A stretch of 63,886 nt of DNA, the filler included, from Octopus bimaculoides (Eukaryota): NCBI RefSeq assembly GCF_001194135.2. It is 6 parts of 5 records of this genome, joined end to end, with 100 filler letters (N's around TTAATTAATTAA, not from the genome) between each part and the next. Parts side by side here need not be neighbours in the genome. Positions count along the whole stretch, not along the records: positions 1 to 25,660 come from NC_068985.1; 5 more parts are not named here. One strand, given 5' to 3'. The notes beneath the pieces were generated by a model. It made no database searches, was not told the origin of the DNA, and was given only the letters and a program-made list of their open reading frames with translations. Position 1 is the stretch's first letter. Each line of letters begins with the position of its first letter. Shown one piece after another: positions 1-12,545 of this stretch. A program made the translations under genes and the position numbers.

Positions 1-39
1 CATTTTAACAGATATATTTACCAAAATTACATAAAAAAT

Positions 40-735
40 ATCTTGAAATACTAAAAAGTATATTTATTCAATAAAATTGCCATTGGCTGCAGCCACAACC
101 TCTACTCGACTTCGGAATCTTCTGCAACACTTCTGGGCTTCTCTTTATTTAAGTTGGTGAATACTGCCTTAATCTTTGCCTTCAGTTCATTTTTGGTGTT
201 ACAAGGAATTTTGTGGGTCTCTCGCTCAACTGTGCCCCGCGCATGATAATCAAGAGGTTTGCAGTTTGGTGAGTTAGGTGGCCAGATGTTAGGGGTGATG
301 TGGCTGCAGAAATTGTCTGACTGCCATGACTGGGTTCTCCTGCTTGTGTGGCACCGTGTAGAGTCCTGTTGCCAGACATAGGGTCTTCCAGCAGCCACCC
401 TCTTGACACAGAGCAGCACTACCGCTTCCAGACACCTGATGTAGGTCTCCGTGTTGAGTCTGAGGCTGTGTGGGAAGATGAATGGGAGTATACTTCACCA
501 TCACTAGTGATTATTCCAAACAGCATGATGTTCACTGGATGTTTGATTTTTATCACTCTCGGTACAAGTTTTCAGATTGTACCGTCCTCAGATTGGCATC
601 TAAGCATTCTGAAATGTTCGTATTAGGGCTTCGGCCGTGAAAGCCAAACAATGCAGCATATCGTTTCCAAATTTCTGGTAGAGTGAGTTACGTCATGGTA
701 CTGTTTTTTTTCATAGTGGCTGTCCAACTGAACCT
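40..735 (-). mobile_element. Decayed Tc1/mariner-superfamily DNA transposon (maT/rosa-like transposase remnant, about 64-714)
   Basis: ORF 102..419 has WQQDS..CHTS and WPPNSPNCKPLDY catalytic-region motifs; the C-terminus reads ...VVAAANGNFIE* (stop at 64-66); frameshifted. Confidence 0.85.
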
Positions 736-830
736 ACTATATTGTGTATTCGATAAAATCAAAGACAAACAAAGCTCATGTACGAAATCAAAACTATAAC
801 GTGGTGACAATTTCCCCATCACACGCCGTG

Positions 831-875
<45 letters not shown>

Positions 876-1858
876 NNNNNNNNNNNNNNNNNNNNNNNNN
901 NNNNNNNNNNNNNNNNNNNNNNNNNNNNNNNNNNNNNNNNNNNNNNNNNNNNNNNNNNNNNNNNNNNNNNNNNNNNNNNNNNNNNNNNNNNNNNNNNNNN
1001 NNNNNNNNNNNNNNNNNNNNNNNNNNNNNNNNNNNNNNNNNNNNNNNNNNNNNNNNNNNNNNNNNNNNNNNNNNNNNNNNNNNNNNNNNNNNNNNNNNNN
1101 NNNNNNNNNNNNNNNNNNNNNNNNNNNNNNNNNNNNNNNNNNNNNNNNNNNNNNNNNNNNNNNNNNNNNNNNNNNNNNNNNNNNNNNNNNNNNNNNNNNN
1201 NNNNNNNNNNNNNNNNNNNNNNNNNNNNNNNNNNNNNNNNNNNNNNNNNNNNNNNNNNNNNNNNNNNNNNNNNNNNNNNNNNNNNNNNNNNNNNNNNNNN
1301 NNNNNNNNNNNNNNNNNNNNNNNNNNNNNNNNNNNNNNNNNNNNNNNNNNNNNNNNNNNNNNNNNNNNNNNNNNNNNNNNNNNNNNNNNNNNNNNNNNNN
1401 NNNNNNNNNNNNNNNNNNNNNNNNNNNNNNNNNNNNNNNNNNNNNNNNNNNNNNNNNNNNNNNNNNNNNNNNNNNNNNNNNNNNNNNNNNNNNNNNNNNN
1501 NNNNNNNNNNNNNNNNNNNNNNNNNNNNNNNNNNNNNNNNNNNNNNNNNNNNNNNNNNNNNNNNNNNNNNNNNNNNNNNNNNNATATATATAGTTACAGA
1601 CATAGCGTAATTCCAAATACACTCATTATATATAACATCCTAACTCTTTTGGATCGAAAAATATAGAAATAGGGAAAATCAGTAATGAAATTAATCCAAT
1701 GGACCGTCATGACTATGTAAAATTACACAGTGAACAATCAAATCAAAATCGAAACAACCAAAATGAACGTTTGAGGAAACAAATTAAGTATTGTAGTTTT
1801 TACTTCTAAACTTTATTTTCTGGTGGTTAATGAAACAGAATTAATATAAACTTCGCTA

Positions 1859-2072
1859 AGGCGACGAGTTGGCAGAATTGTTAGCATCGAGGGCAAAATG
1901 CTTCGTGACATTTCATCCGTTTTTACGTACTGTGTTCAAACTCCACCGAGGTCAACTTTCCCCTTCGTCTTTCCAGTTTCAATAGAATGAGTAGCGGTTG
2001 AGCACTGGGATCGATATAATCGACTTAATCTCTCCCCGAGCTTGTTCGAGTTTCGCCAAATTTTGAAACCAA
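1859..2072 (+). mobile_element. tRNA-derived SINE, family A
   Basis: A-box-like TGGCAGAATTGTTAGC, B-box-like GTTCAAA followed by CCGAGGTCAAC, and body GAGCACTGGGATCGATATAATCGACT; homologous to copies at 8.5, 19.6, 51 and 61.3 kb. Confidence 0.8.
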
Positions 2073-3869
2073 TAAAAAATTTGTGCGAAAGAGCCATCCC
2101 AATGCATGTACACTAAAAGCAAGAAGACATTATCTTATTTACGAAAGGATATTTAAACACAAAAGAACAACAGTAACCGCGTAACATTATTTGAATAGCA
2201 AAATGCCATGAGAGAAATTCCCATAGAAAAATATTCAGCGAAACGAACATCATTATCGAACGCAGTATTCTTCCGAGTCACTATAAAAAAGTATATAAGT
2301 TCAAAACAAACATATTATACAACACAAAAGATGTGTAGTATTTCATACTAAACAAGAAACAGACAAATCCAAATTTAATCCTACCAAGTAATAGTAATCG
2401 GGGGAAAAAACCGTTAATGCCAGCAAAATTTAATAAATGCAGTGACTTGGAAAATATGATAGAGGAAATGAAGCAAAACGTTGAAGAGATAAAACTTATA
2501 CGAATTGAAGACATGATGTAAAACGGCAGGATATAGCATAAAAATTGATCCCTAATCAAACCAGCTAGCCGTGAACTAGAAATAATTCCAAACAAATAAG
2601 TGAAAGAAATGTAACGACTTTAAACCAAATAATGTAAAACAGGTCGTTTATGGTAACCATAGCTTCTAGGCACAAAATAATAGAGAAAATTAGAACATCA
2701 ACAACGTATCTCGTTTAGAAACAAAATGTTCAACATTATATGAATCGTAAGAGAAAAAATATAAGTAAAATAGCTAAGCACCTAAACGGGGCCACATATC
2801 TGTGGTCTCATAAAAATGCAAGTTACGTAGAAATTTTAATATTCCGGAATATTCCAAATATTCATCCAACAAATAAAAATGCTACAATGTAGAGAATCAA
2901 AAATTCCATTGATGGACCGAATATTTCAAGCAAAATACAATGCTTCGAAAAGATAAATGAAAACTTTACAGAGTTAAATAACGAAACAGCTTCACCAACT
3001 TATTTTATTATAATAGCAATAAACCCCTATATATATCAAAACATTTAAGGAAACTGCTTCCATATGTACTCCACTAGATGACCGAAACAAAATTCAATCA
3101 AATTCCAAACGCATACCCGAACATTTAAATATACCAAGCCACTCTTTGGACTACATCACTGAAGACACCACATATGACTCAACCCTCACAAGGAAATACG
3201 GAAAATACCTCACATTTTATTTTCTAAACAAGAAATAGATTTCATCGACCAAAAGCCTAACGTATGTTCTACAACTTGAGATGGTTTATGAAAGAGGTGC
3301 AAATGAACAAGACATTTCCAAAAAAAAAAAACAATTAAACTGCGTTGTAAAACGAGAAAAGTAAAAAGTTGAACTCAATATACGAGCAAATAACGACAGA
3401 AATGGATACTCCATTTTTAGAAGTAAACACGACGATAAAATCTGTAAGGCAGCAGAGCACTTACGTTCATGGATTTCTGGACGGAAAATAACTCGATTGT
3501 ATCCAAACTTATCGGTATGTTCTACAAAATTAATGCTTGGTTGTATGTGTCTCAAACATATAGAATCAAAATTGTATCTTTCAATCGATAACCACCTATA
3601 CAGAATTGTTTCCCTTTGTGTTTGGTTACGGTACCTTTAGGGTGACTTTTTACTGTTTTAATCCGTTGTTGTATTTCTCCGCCTCATCTAAATGTTTATG
3701 CGTTTTGTCGAATGAGACAAGTTTCAAAGCATTGATGATCTCAGCAAAAGAAATATTTGGTGCTCTGCCTTCGCTGTTGCTGCTGCGGCTGCTGCTGCTG
3801 CTGTTGTTGTTATTGTCATCGTTGCCATTGCCATTACAGTTTCGTGTGGAAGTACAAAGGCCCAATGTT

Positions 3870-4185
3870 TAGGGAAGCGGAATCGCGGTCGTGAGATCGC
3901 GGTTTCGATTCCCAGATCGGGCATTGTAAGTGTTTTTTGAGCGTAAACGCCTAAAGCTCCACGAGGCTCCGGCAGGTCGTGGTGGCGAACCCTGCTGAAT
4001 TCTTTCACCACAACTTTCTCTCACTATTTCTTCCTGTTTCAATTATACCTGTATTTCAAAGGGCCAACCTAGTCACACACTGTATAACGCTGAATCTACC
4101 CGCGAACTACATTAAGGGTACACGTGTCTGTGGAGTTTACACGTTAATTTCACGAGCAGGCTGTTCCGTCGAACCCTGTATTTCA
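3870..4185 (+). mobile_element. tRNA-derived SINE, family B
   Basis: Head ...GAGATCGCGGTTTCGATTCCC (B-box-like), similar to the head/body junction of the SINE at 36.3-36.5 kb. Confidence 0.6.
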
Positions 4186-4309
4186 CTGATATTTAATTTA
4201 TTGACCCGAATTGATGAAAGGCAAAGTCGACCTCGGGAGAATACTACTTCTACTAAAAATAAATAAATAAATAAAATAAAATAAGAATAAAAGATAAAAT
4301 TTTTTTAAA

Positions 4310-5765
4310 AAGGTGCAGACAGACCACAGCTGTCATCCTAATACAGCATCCGCAAATAATAGAGTAAGGAGGAGGAAGTGGACCAACGAAGAAAACAGGA
4401 TAATGATACAGTGCTACTTAGAAAATGAACCTGAAAGAACAGGCTATAGAAAACAGATGTTAGCAGTTTGAGTAGAGAAGGGTATGTTTAAAGTCACTGA
4501 GCAGAGATTAGTTGACAAAGCTAATGCTATGTGGCGAAGAAAGTGGATGACAGAATTGGAGGTAGAAGAGATCAGAAGAGAACTGGAAAAGAAAGACCAG
4601 GCAGTGGGAAAAACAAAACAGCATAAGAGACACTTCTCAAACCAAAGAAGAACCTAAACAAAACAAAAAATAACAATAGCGCTACCAATAAGGAAGGGAC
4701 GACGGACCGACGACTTTAGTGATTTAAATGAAGAAGATCAGAAGATTTTAGATGAGTTGCAGGAAGTAATGAGTAAAGAAATTCGAAAAATATTGCCAGT
4801 ATTAAAAGACATCAACAGAAGGAAGCTACCAGAAATGACTAGGAAAGTAGATTCTGTTATCACGAGGATAGATATTAAAAATATCGGAGACACTCATTTA
4901 TTGATCTATACAGGAAGGATAGCAGTCACCAGGAGATTAGATATCTCACAGGGAAAGATTTTAAAAGAGCAAATGTAGAAAAAGAGACTACAAGATACAA
5001 AGGAGACCTTAAGAGCAGATCTGAGTAGAATACAAACCTGGAAACTGAACAAGTCAGGAAGCACAAGATTCAAACCTTCCCTCAAGAAGAGATATTTAGT
5101 CAAAGAGATGGGGTTTGGGACAGTAACAGAAGAGTTAAAACAGCGTATTGTAGCAATAGCAGGCACGCTCTCCAGATGTAAAAAAAGAATAGATCAGTAT
5201 CAACAGAATAGATTATTTGAGACAGACCAGAAGAGATTTTATAAACAAATAAATAATGGAGAACGAAGTACGGAAGATGAGGAACCTAATGCAAAGAAAG
5301 CTAGAAAGTTCTGGAGATACAATTGGGATAAACCAGTCAATCATATTGGAGATGCAGTATGGTTAAAGAAAGTGAGGGAAGAAGTAGTAAGTGAGAAGCA
5401 GCCAGATATAAGATTAAATAGTGCATTAAGTGTGTAATAGGAAAAGTGTGTAATAGGAAAAAAAGACAAGAATGAAATACACACAGAGCACGTTAGACAG
5501 ACTGAAGATAAACCTCTGCATTACCAAGTTTGGAGATCCACTGAAGATGTATGCGGAACAAAATCCTGGGCTTTGTTTAAGAAGGGGCAATTAAAAAAAA
5601 AGAAGGAACAGGGAACCTAATTGTAGCAGTCCAAAATCAAGCGATAAATCAAACAACTTGAGAAAAATATATATGGATAGAATGTGTCAGAAAAAAAATG
5701 TAGAGTCTGTGGAACTTGGAACGAGACAGTGGTACATTATTGAAAAATGCCCCAAGTTGGGCGCA
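4310..5765 (+). mobile_element. R4/Dong-clade non-LTR retrotransposon remnant, RT core deleted
   Basis: Translates to RRKWTNEENRIMIQCY..EPERTGYRKQM..VTEQRLVD (R4 N-terminal Myb-like region) and RLFETDQKRFYKQI, then jumps to the CCHC region (CRVCGTWNETVVH); 5460-5760 is homologous to 7500-7790. Confidence 0.85.
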
Positions 5766-7004
5766 TTGGGGGAAATCTTACAAACTTTTGTGTATTTTGG
5801 AGAGACAATAAAATATAGGTGTTCTTTCTAACCGTAAAATCCTGGATTCGGCCTTATTAATGGAATTGTTTTCCTCCATTTCCAGAATTATTCTGTCAAG
5901 TTCCTCTCTGTAATTGGGGTTTGTCCAAGGTGCCCAATTTGCAGCGGATATGAATGTTGTACAGCCAAATGCTTTTGTATACCATTATGCCAAACACGGT
6001 TAAAGTGAATCAGGATTAAAGGAAATAGCAAATAACATAGCTAAGATTAGCAAAGGAAGTCAAACCTGCACACGTAATTTTATCAAACATATTACAATAT
6101 GTGACAGAATTCATTTAGTGATTAACTGGCACCGAAATTCCGCTGGCATTTCAAAAGTGTTGCACAGATATTTCTTCAGCCGCCTATTGTAGCCTTTGGA
6201 CGAAATAAGTGAACTATTAACCTCTACTTCTGATTCCAAGAAAATTAATATTAGAGTATTTGCACGCTGTACATTGCAAAACAGCCACAAGATAGGTAAG
6301 CCCTGTTAATTGTGCAACTACATGGGTCAAGTGAATTCCATCAGGAATCATAGCAGAAATGTTATGATTTACATAGAAGGCGGGACATGTACGCAGCAGA
6401 ATGCACGAGACACAACTTGATCTATGCTGGTTGTACAACAGAACAATTAAACAAAAGGTTTAATGGGCACAGATATGACGTCAGACATAATAACAGTAGT
6501 TCGACAGAACTTACCGAACATAATGCATCAAACGGTTGCAATTTTGAAAAAGATTTGAAAGTGCATATTCTCAGAAAATATTCTGAATCGGCTACACTTT
6601 CAGATCTCAAAATGCATTAGGTGAAACATATTTGCGGGTTATTAACATTATACTTACACAGAACTGTTTGATTAAATATTCTTCTTCTTTTTTCCTTTTC
6701 TTTTATCTTCCCTTTTCTTTTTATCTCATTTCTTTCCTTTCTTTCTTTTCTTTTTACATCTTGTAAAATTGAAATTTTAAGACTGATGATATTCTATCAA
6801 TGTGTGGATGCAGCTTTCTCTCTTTCATATTTTGGATCTGAATTTCTATAATTTTGATTTTTTACCACTTTTCATTTTGAACTCGACAAAGACAGGCTCT
6901 CTATCGAAATATCGTTCGACTAATAAAATATCTATCGCAATCGCATCTAGCTCTTCTTATTGTCTATTTACCTTTGTGAAAAGTTACTTCAACCCGTTGA
7001 AAAC

Positions 7005-7005
<1 letters not shown>
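5765..7005 (+). mobile_element. Penelope-like element: GIY-YIG endonuclease end on + strand, inverted RT fragment (5765-5990) on - strand
   Basis: ORF 6387..6620 (YAAECTRHNLIYAGCTTEQLNKRFNGHRYDV) is GIY-YIG-like; linker QPPIVAFGRNK at about 6177-6210; the minus strand of 5770-5990 reads ERTPIFYCLSKIHKSL, a PLE RT motif. Confidence 0.8.
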
Positions 7006-7071
<66 letters not shown>

Positions 7072-7074
7072 TAA
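7005..7074. repeat. (TAA)n microsatellite, 5' flank of R4 copy
   Basis: Directly visible array. Confidence 0.95.
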
Positions 7075-8386
7075 TCTCATAGCTGGCCGCTAACACCTTT
7101 TCTGCAAAATAGGGGTAGCTTATCCTGTTCAGGCTATATTATTAGCATTATCCTGCGTTTGAGAATTTAAAAATCACTTCTTTAACTTTCTAAGACAAAG
7201 CTGAAGGCAAAAAATGTTATTGAAGCAATAAATTCATGAGCAGTACATCTTATCAGATACGGAGTTAGAATCGTTGACAGGACCAAAAATGACATAAAAA
7301 AAACTAGCAAGTTATTGACAATGTATGGAGCCTACCATCTGAATGCTGATATCAACCATATATACCTGAAGAGAGATTAGGGTGGAAGAGGCTTAATTGC
7401 CGTGGAAGTGTGAGTACAGATGAAAAGAAAAAGCCAACTAGGTTATTTGCAGAATAGCACAGAGAAACTACTAAAGACGGTGACTAAGGAACAGGTGATA
7501 AATGTGGTATAGGAGAAAAGAACAATGAAATTCAAAGAGGCTCGTTAAACAGATTGAAGAGAAACTTCTGCCTGGCCAATTTTGGAGAGCCACTGAAAAG
7601 GTATGTGGAAGAAAATCCTGGGCTTGGTTAAAAAAAAAGGACAATTAAAACAAGAAACAGCAAGCCTAATTGTAGCAGCTCAGGATCAAGCGATAACACA
7701 AACTACTTGAGGAAAATAGGAATATGTGGAAGAATGTATGTGGAACTTGGAACGAGACAGTGGTATGCATTATTGTAGAATGTCCCAGTTGGCACAGAGA
7801 GAATATAACAAATGGAGGCATGGTAAATAGTAAAAGTTTTAAACTGGAAGCTTTGCCAGAAATGGGGATTTGAAGCTGGACACACATGATATAAACATCG
7901 GTTCGAAAGAGTAATGGAGTCAGAGAATTGTAAGACTATGTGGGTCGTTCATATTTAAACGGACAAGAAGCTAGAAAACAATAGGCCAGGCATAATAATA
8001 ATGCACAAGAAAAAGCGAAGTTGCCTACTAATTGATCAAATATGCCCGTTTTAGTCCAGGATCGTAAAGAAGGAAGGCGAAAAAGAAATACAAACTCTTA
8101 AAATTTGAAATTACAAGAATTTGGAATATGAAAATGGTAAAGCTCGAGTCAATAACAATTGGTGCATCTGGAACTATAAGCAAAGATATGGACGATTGAA
8201 GAGGAATTGAATAAAATGCCTTGTAGAGCTTTTACAGAAAGTTGGCCTCTTAGAGACAGGAAGTTTATCGAGAAGATCTTAAGCACTTGAAAGACTATTG
8301 AAAGATTGTGGATGCCTAAGGATACATGTCGTAACCCGCTGCCCACATAAATTCTACCAGGAATAAGAACGAACCTGAGTCAAATC
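7075..8386 (+). mobile_element. 5'-truncated R4/Dong-clade LINE (end of RT, CCHC, RLE, 3' UTR)
   Basis: Frameshifted KTKLKAKNVIEAINS..IRYG, GGRGL, LIVAAQDQAI, and ENNRPGIIIMHKKKRSCLLID (PD..D RLE-like) followed by VEPITIGASG; ends at a (TAA)n array. Confidence 0.85.
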
Positions 8387-8404
8387 AATAATAATAATAA
8401 TAAC

Positions 8405-8466
<62 letters not shown>

Positions 8467-8482
8467 CAACAACAACAACAAC
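8387..8482. repeat. (TAA)n/(CAA)n microsatellite
   Basis: Directly visible; also reads as the (GTT/ATT)n tail of the minus-strand SINE at 8500-8692. Confidence 0.95.
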
Positions 8483-8499
8483 AAAAGCAATAACAATGG

Positions 8500-8692
8500 T
8501 GTGAAATGTGGACACAAGGCTTGCAATTTTCGTGAGAGGAAGTGTTCAGTCGATAAAATCGATCAGCTCCTTCATTGAAGGATGAGAGGTAATGTTGACC
8601 TGGACGGGATATGAACTCAGAATCTAAACAGCTGGAGACGAAACCGGTCAGCATTTTCCCGACACGCTAACGATCCTGCCAACTCACCGCAT
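8500..8692 (-). mobile_element. tRNA-derived SINE, family A
   Basis: Reverse complement begins GCGGTGAGTTGGCAGGATCGTTAGCGTGTCGGG and contains CTGAGTTCATATCCCGTCC. Confidence 0.75.
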
Positions 8693-8815
8693 ACTACTAC
8701 TATTACTACTACTACTACTACTACTACTGATGATGATGATGATGATGATGACGCTGATGATGATGATGAAGATGATGAGGATAATAATAATAATAAGAAG
8801 AAGAAGAAGAAGAAG

Positions 8816-8858
<43 letters not shown>

Positions 8859-8915
8859 GCAACAACAACAGCAACAACAACAACAACAACAGCAACAACA
8901 ACAACAGCAACAACA
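8693..8915. repeat. Compound trinucleotide microsatellite (TAC)(TGA)(TAA)(GAA)(CAA/CAG)
   Basis: Directly visible; explains ORFs 8617, 8684 and 8730. Confidence 0.95.
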
Positions 8916-9229
8916 ACTAAACGGTGATCGCTATACGAACAATAATTAAGATGATATTGATGATATTGATTAGGTGAAAAAATGTGAGAAAACATTTAAT
9001 AGAAAAACACGATATAAACATTAAAACAAGGAAGTAAAATGTAGTGAGTAAAGGAAACGTCTATAAACAAAGGAAATACACAGAAATAGAAAGAAAAACA
9101 CAGAGTCGAGAAATAATGATAAAATGAATTGAAAACTCTTTCATTTACTCATCGTTACCACTTCCTTTCCTCTGACACTGGCATAATCACGCACATAAGA
9201 CACACACTACACATATATACACAGTAAAT

Positions 9230-9269
<40 letters not shown>

Positions 9270-9279
9270 NNNNNNNNNN

Positions 9280-9313
<34 letters not shown>

Positions 9314-10528
9314 TGTGTGTGCGTGCGTGGGTGTGTGTATGTGTGTTCGTGCATATGTATGTATACTCTGCGTTAATCTACATTCTAATTTCACTTTTAA
9401 TATCGATAGAAATTAATTAGCAATTACAATGATTTGTTGCGTTTTTATATGAATTAAAGTGTTTGTACTTTTTCTTACAACTATTGTCATTTTTCCGCAT
9501 TTTTTCTTCCTATTAATTTCGGTAATTTTTTTCTTCTTTTTTTTTTTTGGCTTTTGTTTGTTTAACTTCATCTTCTGTTTTTTGTTAGCCTGAAAAATAT
9601 TTGTGCCACAAATAATTAACGGCGACGTAATGACGATACTAAGTCATTTATATATCTATTTATCTGTCTAATTTATTTTCTTGTAATTATAAAGTCTCTT
9701 TGTTTCCCTCTCTTTTTATATCTTCCCTTTTATCTTTATTCTCTATGTTTTATTGTATATTTTTGGTCATTTATTTCTGCTCTCCTTAAGCGATTAGATC
9801 CTGTACTCAGTTTCATCATTCCTAGACAATTAAGAATGGAGCTGACTAAGCATTATATATTTATTACATGATATTAATTAAACATTCACGATGATAAATG
9901 TTCATATATCATGCAGATGAGTGAGTGATGATAAATTAGATCATTAAAATTGTGTAATTGTTTCTTTCCTTTTACAGTCAAACTTTGTTTGCTTATAAAC
10001 TCAATATAAGTTATGCCCAAACTCTAAGTTACTAACCATGATTGTTAACCGAAAATCAAGAAATTATTCATAACATACTAAATAATAATTAGCAATTATG
10101 TACTAAGTTCTATGTTGTTATAGAGATTCAACATTTTCTAATCTATCTCTGTTTTACTGATCTTAATCATTAGAGATTTTGGAAATAGAAATTTTGTGTT
10201 CTATAACAATATTAATAAACTAATAATTATTCTGGATTAGTAGTAGACTAGCAAAATCGTTACAGCGTCGACCGAATGTCCTAGTTCATTCTGAGTTAAA
10301 ACCTCTCCGAGTCAGCCTCGCCATTCAACATACCAGAAGTGATAAACAAAATTGTCAAGTAATGGAGTTGATTTAATCGAGTAAACACTTAGCCCTATAT
10401 CAGAAAAGATCATTAATGTAATCGATTAGTAAAATGTTTGAAGTGTCGAATAAAAAATTCAAGATAACCGTTTCGATGCTTTGCTTTCTGAGTAAAGATC
10501 TCATTGCCGTCGCCTGCTGAAGTGGATA

Positions 10529-10579
<51 letters not shown>

Positions 10580-11659
10580 CTAAGCTATATCCGTATTGGC
10601 TTCAATAGAATGGCGACATTGACATTTCAGAAATGGAGGGAAATTTTGTCGCATGTTATAAAACCAGTTACAGACACCAGAGGAGATGGTCAGACGGTCA
10701 TGTTGTATAGGAAAGAAGTGTTATTGCAAAAATGATTATGCGGGATGTAACGGTAGAATTGGTGAAAAAGAAAATTCCTTGCAGCGCAAAAGTAGAACAG
10801 CCTTACAATAGAAACTACCTTATAGTATATCTTTATATTTTTTATGTTCGAATACCTCCGAGATCGACTTTGCTTTTCAAACCTTGGGAATCGATAAAAT
10901 CTGTATTACTTAAGTGGTACAATGTTAACGGTTACTTGATCTCTCTCCAAAATATTTCATGTATTAATCAGGGAATAGCTACTATTATTGTTATTTACTC
11001 AATCATCAAAACTCTTGAGGAGAGAAATACCACCACCTATAATAGTATTAATGATCTAATATTATATAACGAAAACAGTGTATTAACAAAATTGTTGGAA
11101 GTTTGACTGAAACTTCTATGTTATGAGTCAAAATTTCTCTGAAATCAACTTTGATTTTCAACCTCCTGGAAGACATAAATAAACAACCTGTCAATCACTA
11201 GGACGATTTAATCGACTAAATCCATCCCACCCAAAATTTATGACTGAATTGGTGATTATGATAACGAGTAATGTCGATAAATGAAAATCCATTGGGGAAA
11301 ATATTAATGTCTAAATGTATTTCGTTAATCTTGGTTTTCTGTATAACACCATTATCTCGTGGAGTAGGTGAAATAACGTCCTTGCAGATTGGGATTGGTG
11401 GTGTGGGAGTGTTTGCAACAGAGAAAACTTCGATATAGGAATCCATTTAGCAAGTAAATGTGCAGAGTCAGTTAGCAGGATTTGTTTGGCGCCCAGGTTT
11501 TCAGAACGTAAAGAGATGAAATGAATAGTACAATGCATCTCATCTTACGTTCTAAAATTTCTGCGAATCCATCGTTTATACAATTTTTTTACCTTATCAA
11601 CATCAACAGGACGACAATTTGGTTTCGGTGGAAGTTCAACATAGTGCATAGGGAACTGG

Positions 11660-12545
11660 AGCAGTTACTGTCATATCAAATCACACGGGCAAGTTTCAAG
11701 ATTGCTTCACAAGAATAATAGAAATCCTCATGACACTGGAGCATCACGTGAGTGTATTTCTTATTGGTAATTTCAACATTCCCAGTGTCAAATGGCCCGA
11801 GGGCCTCATACTCTCAGGAATGCCTCGTTGCAAATAAGTGCAGGTGGAGTTCCTGTTTAACCTCACCAATACCCTATTCATGGAGCAAATTGCACCCCGA
11901 CTAACCAGTGCAAATAACATATTCGATCTCTGCTTCACAAACAATATGGACATCTTTTTTAATGGGAAAGTGACGCCGACATTAATTTCGTCTCACAACA
12001 TGATAGAGTTGTCTTGGTATAGACTAAAAGTAGCCACAGACATACAGCCTAAAGGAAGCACCCGAAATCTCTCCTGTCTGAACTTCCACAAAGCGGACTA
12101 GAAATTGATCCGAAAAGAGATCATCAGACAGGAGTGGCGAAATGTCTCTCCACACCAGATATCGGCATGAAACTAAAGTATTTCATGTCTGTTATGCAAG
12201 TTATATGCTACAAATATTTCCCAGAACATAAGGCCAGCACAAAAAGGAATAAGATTCCAAGGGAGAGGAATATCCTCATGAGGCGACGGATAAAGGTTAA
12301 AAATCGCTTCAACCAACATCCTAAAAGTAGTGAAAGGTCCCGCCTAAAAACAACACTGATGGAGACTGAAAAAAGTTTCCGACAATCTTATGAAAAGGAG
12401 AGAGCAGGCAAAGAAGCCTGCATTCTAAAAATCATAAAGTCAAACTTTCTTTCATTATGCCAAAGAAACGGTTTCATTACACTTCAAAATAGGACCCCTC
12501 TTCCAAAAAGACGGCTCCCTAGGGGTCAGCCACACTTAAGTGGCA
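11660..12545 (+). mobile_element. CR1-like LINE fragment (APE endonuclease C-terminus and linker)
   Basis: VFLIGNFNIPSVKW, TSANNIFDLCFTNN, SSHNMIEL, LNFHKAD; QSYEKERAGKEA parallels the CR1 copy at about 58.2 kb. Confidence 0.8.

Noticed and set aside
744-1622. Long ORFs containing X runs (also at 12.5, 14.4, 27, 31-33, 36.6, 40.7 and 53.5 kb)
   Set aside because: Open only because they cross N gaps.
2080-3560. A-rich, decayed coding-like stretch, possibly a LINE ORF1 with zinc knuckles
   Set aside because: No motif could be reconstructed with confidence; needs blastx.
6860-6920. Hammerhead-like GACAG..CTATC-GAAA in the PLE 3' region
   Set aside because: The CTGANGA core cannot be placed in register; too degraded.
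8617-8995. Poly-L/V/T and YI/CV/HT/LS-rich ORFs throughout the window
   Set aside because: Translations of microsatellites.
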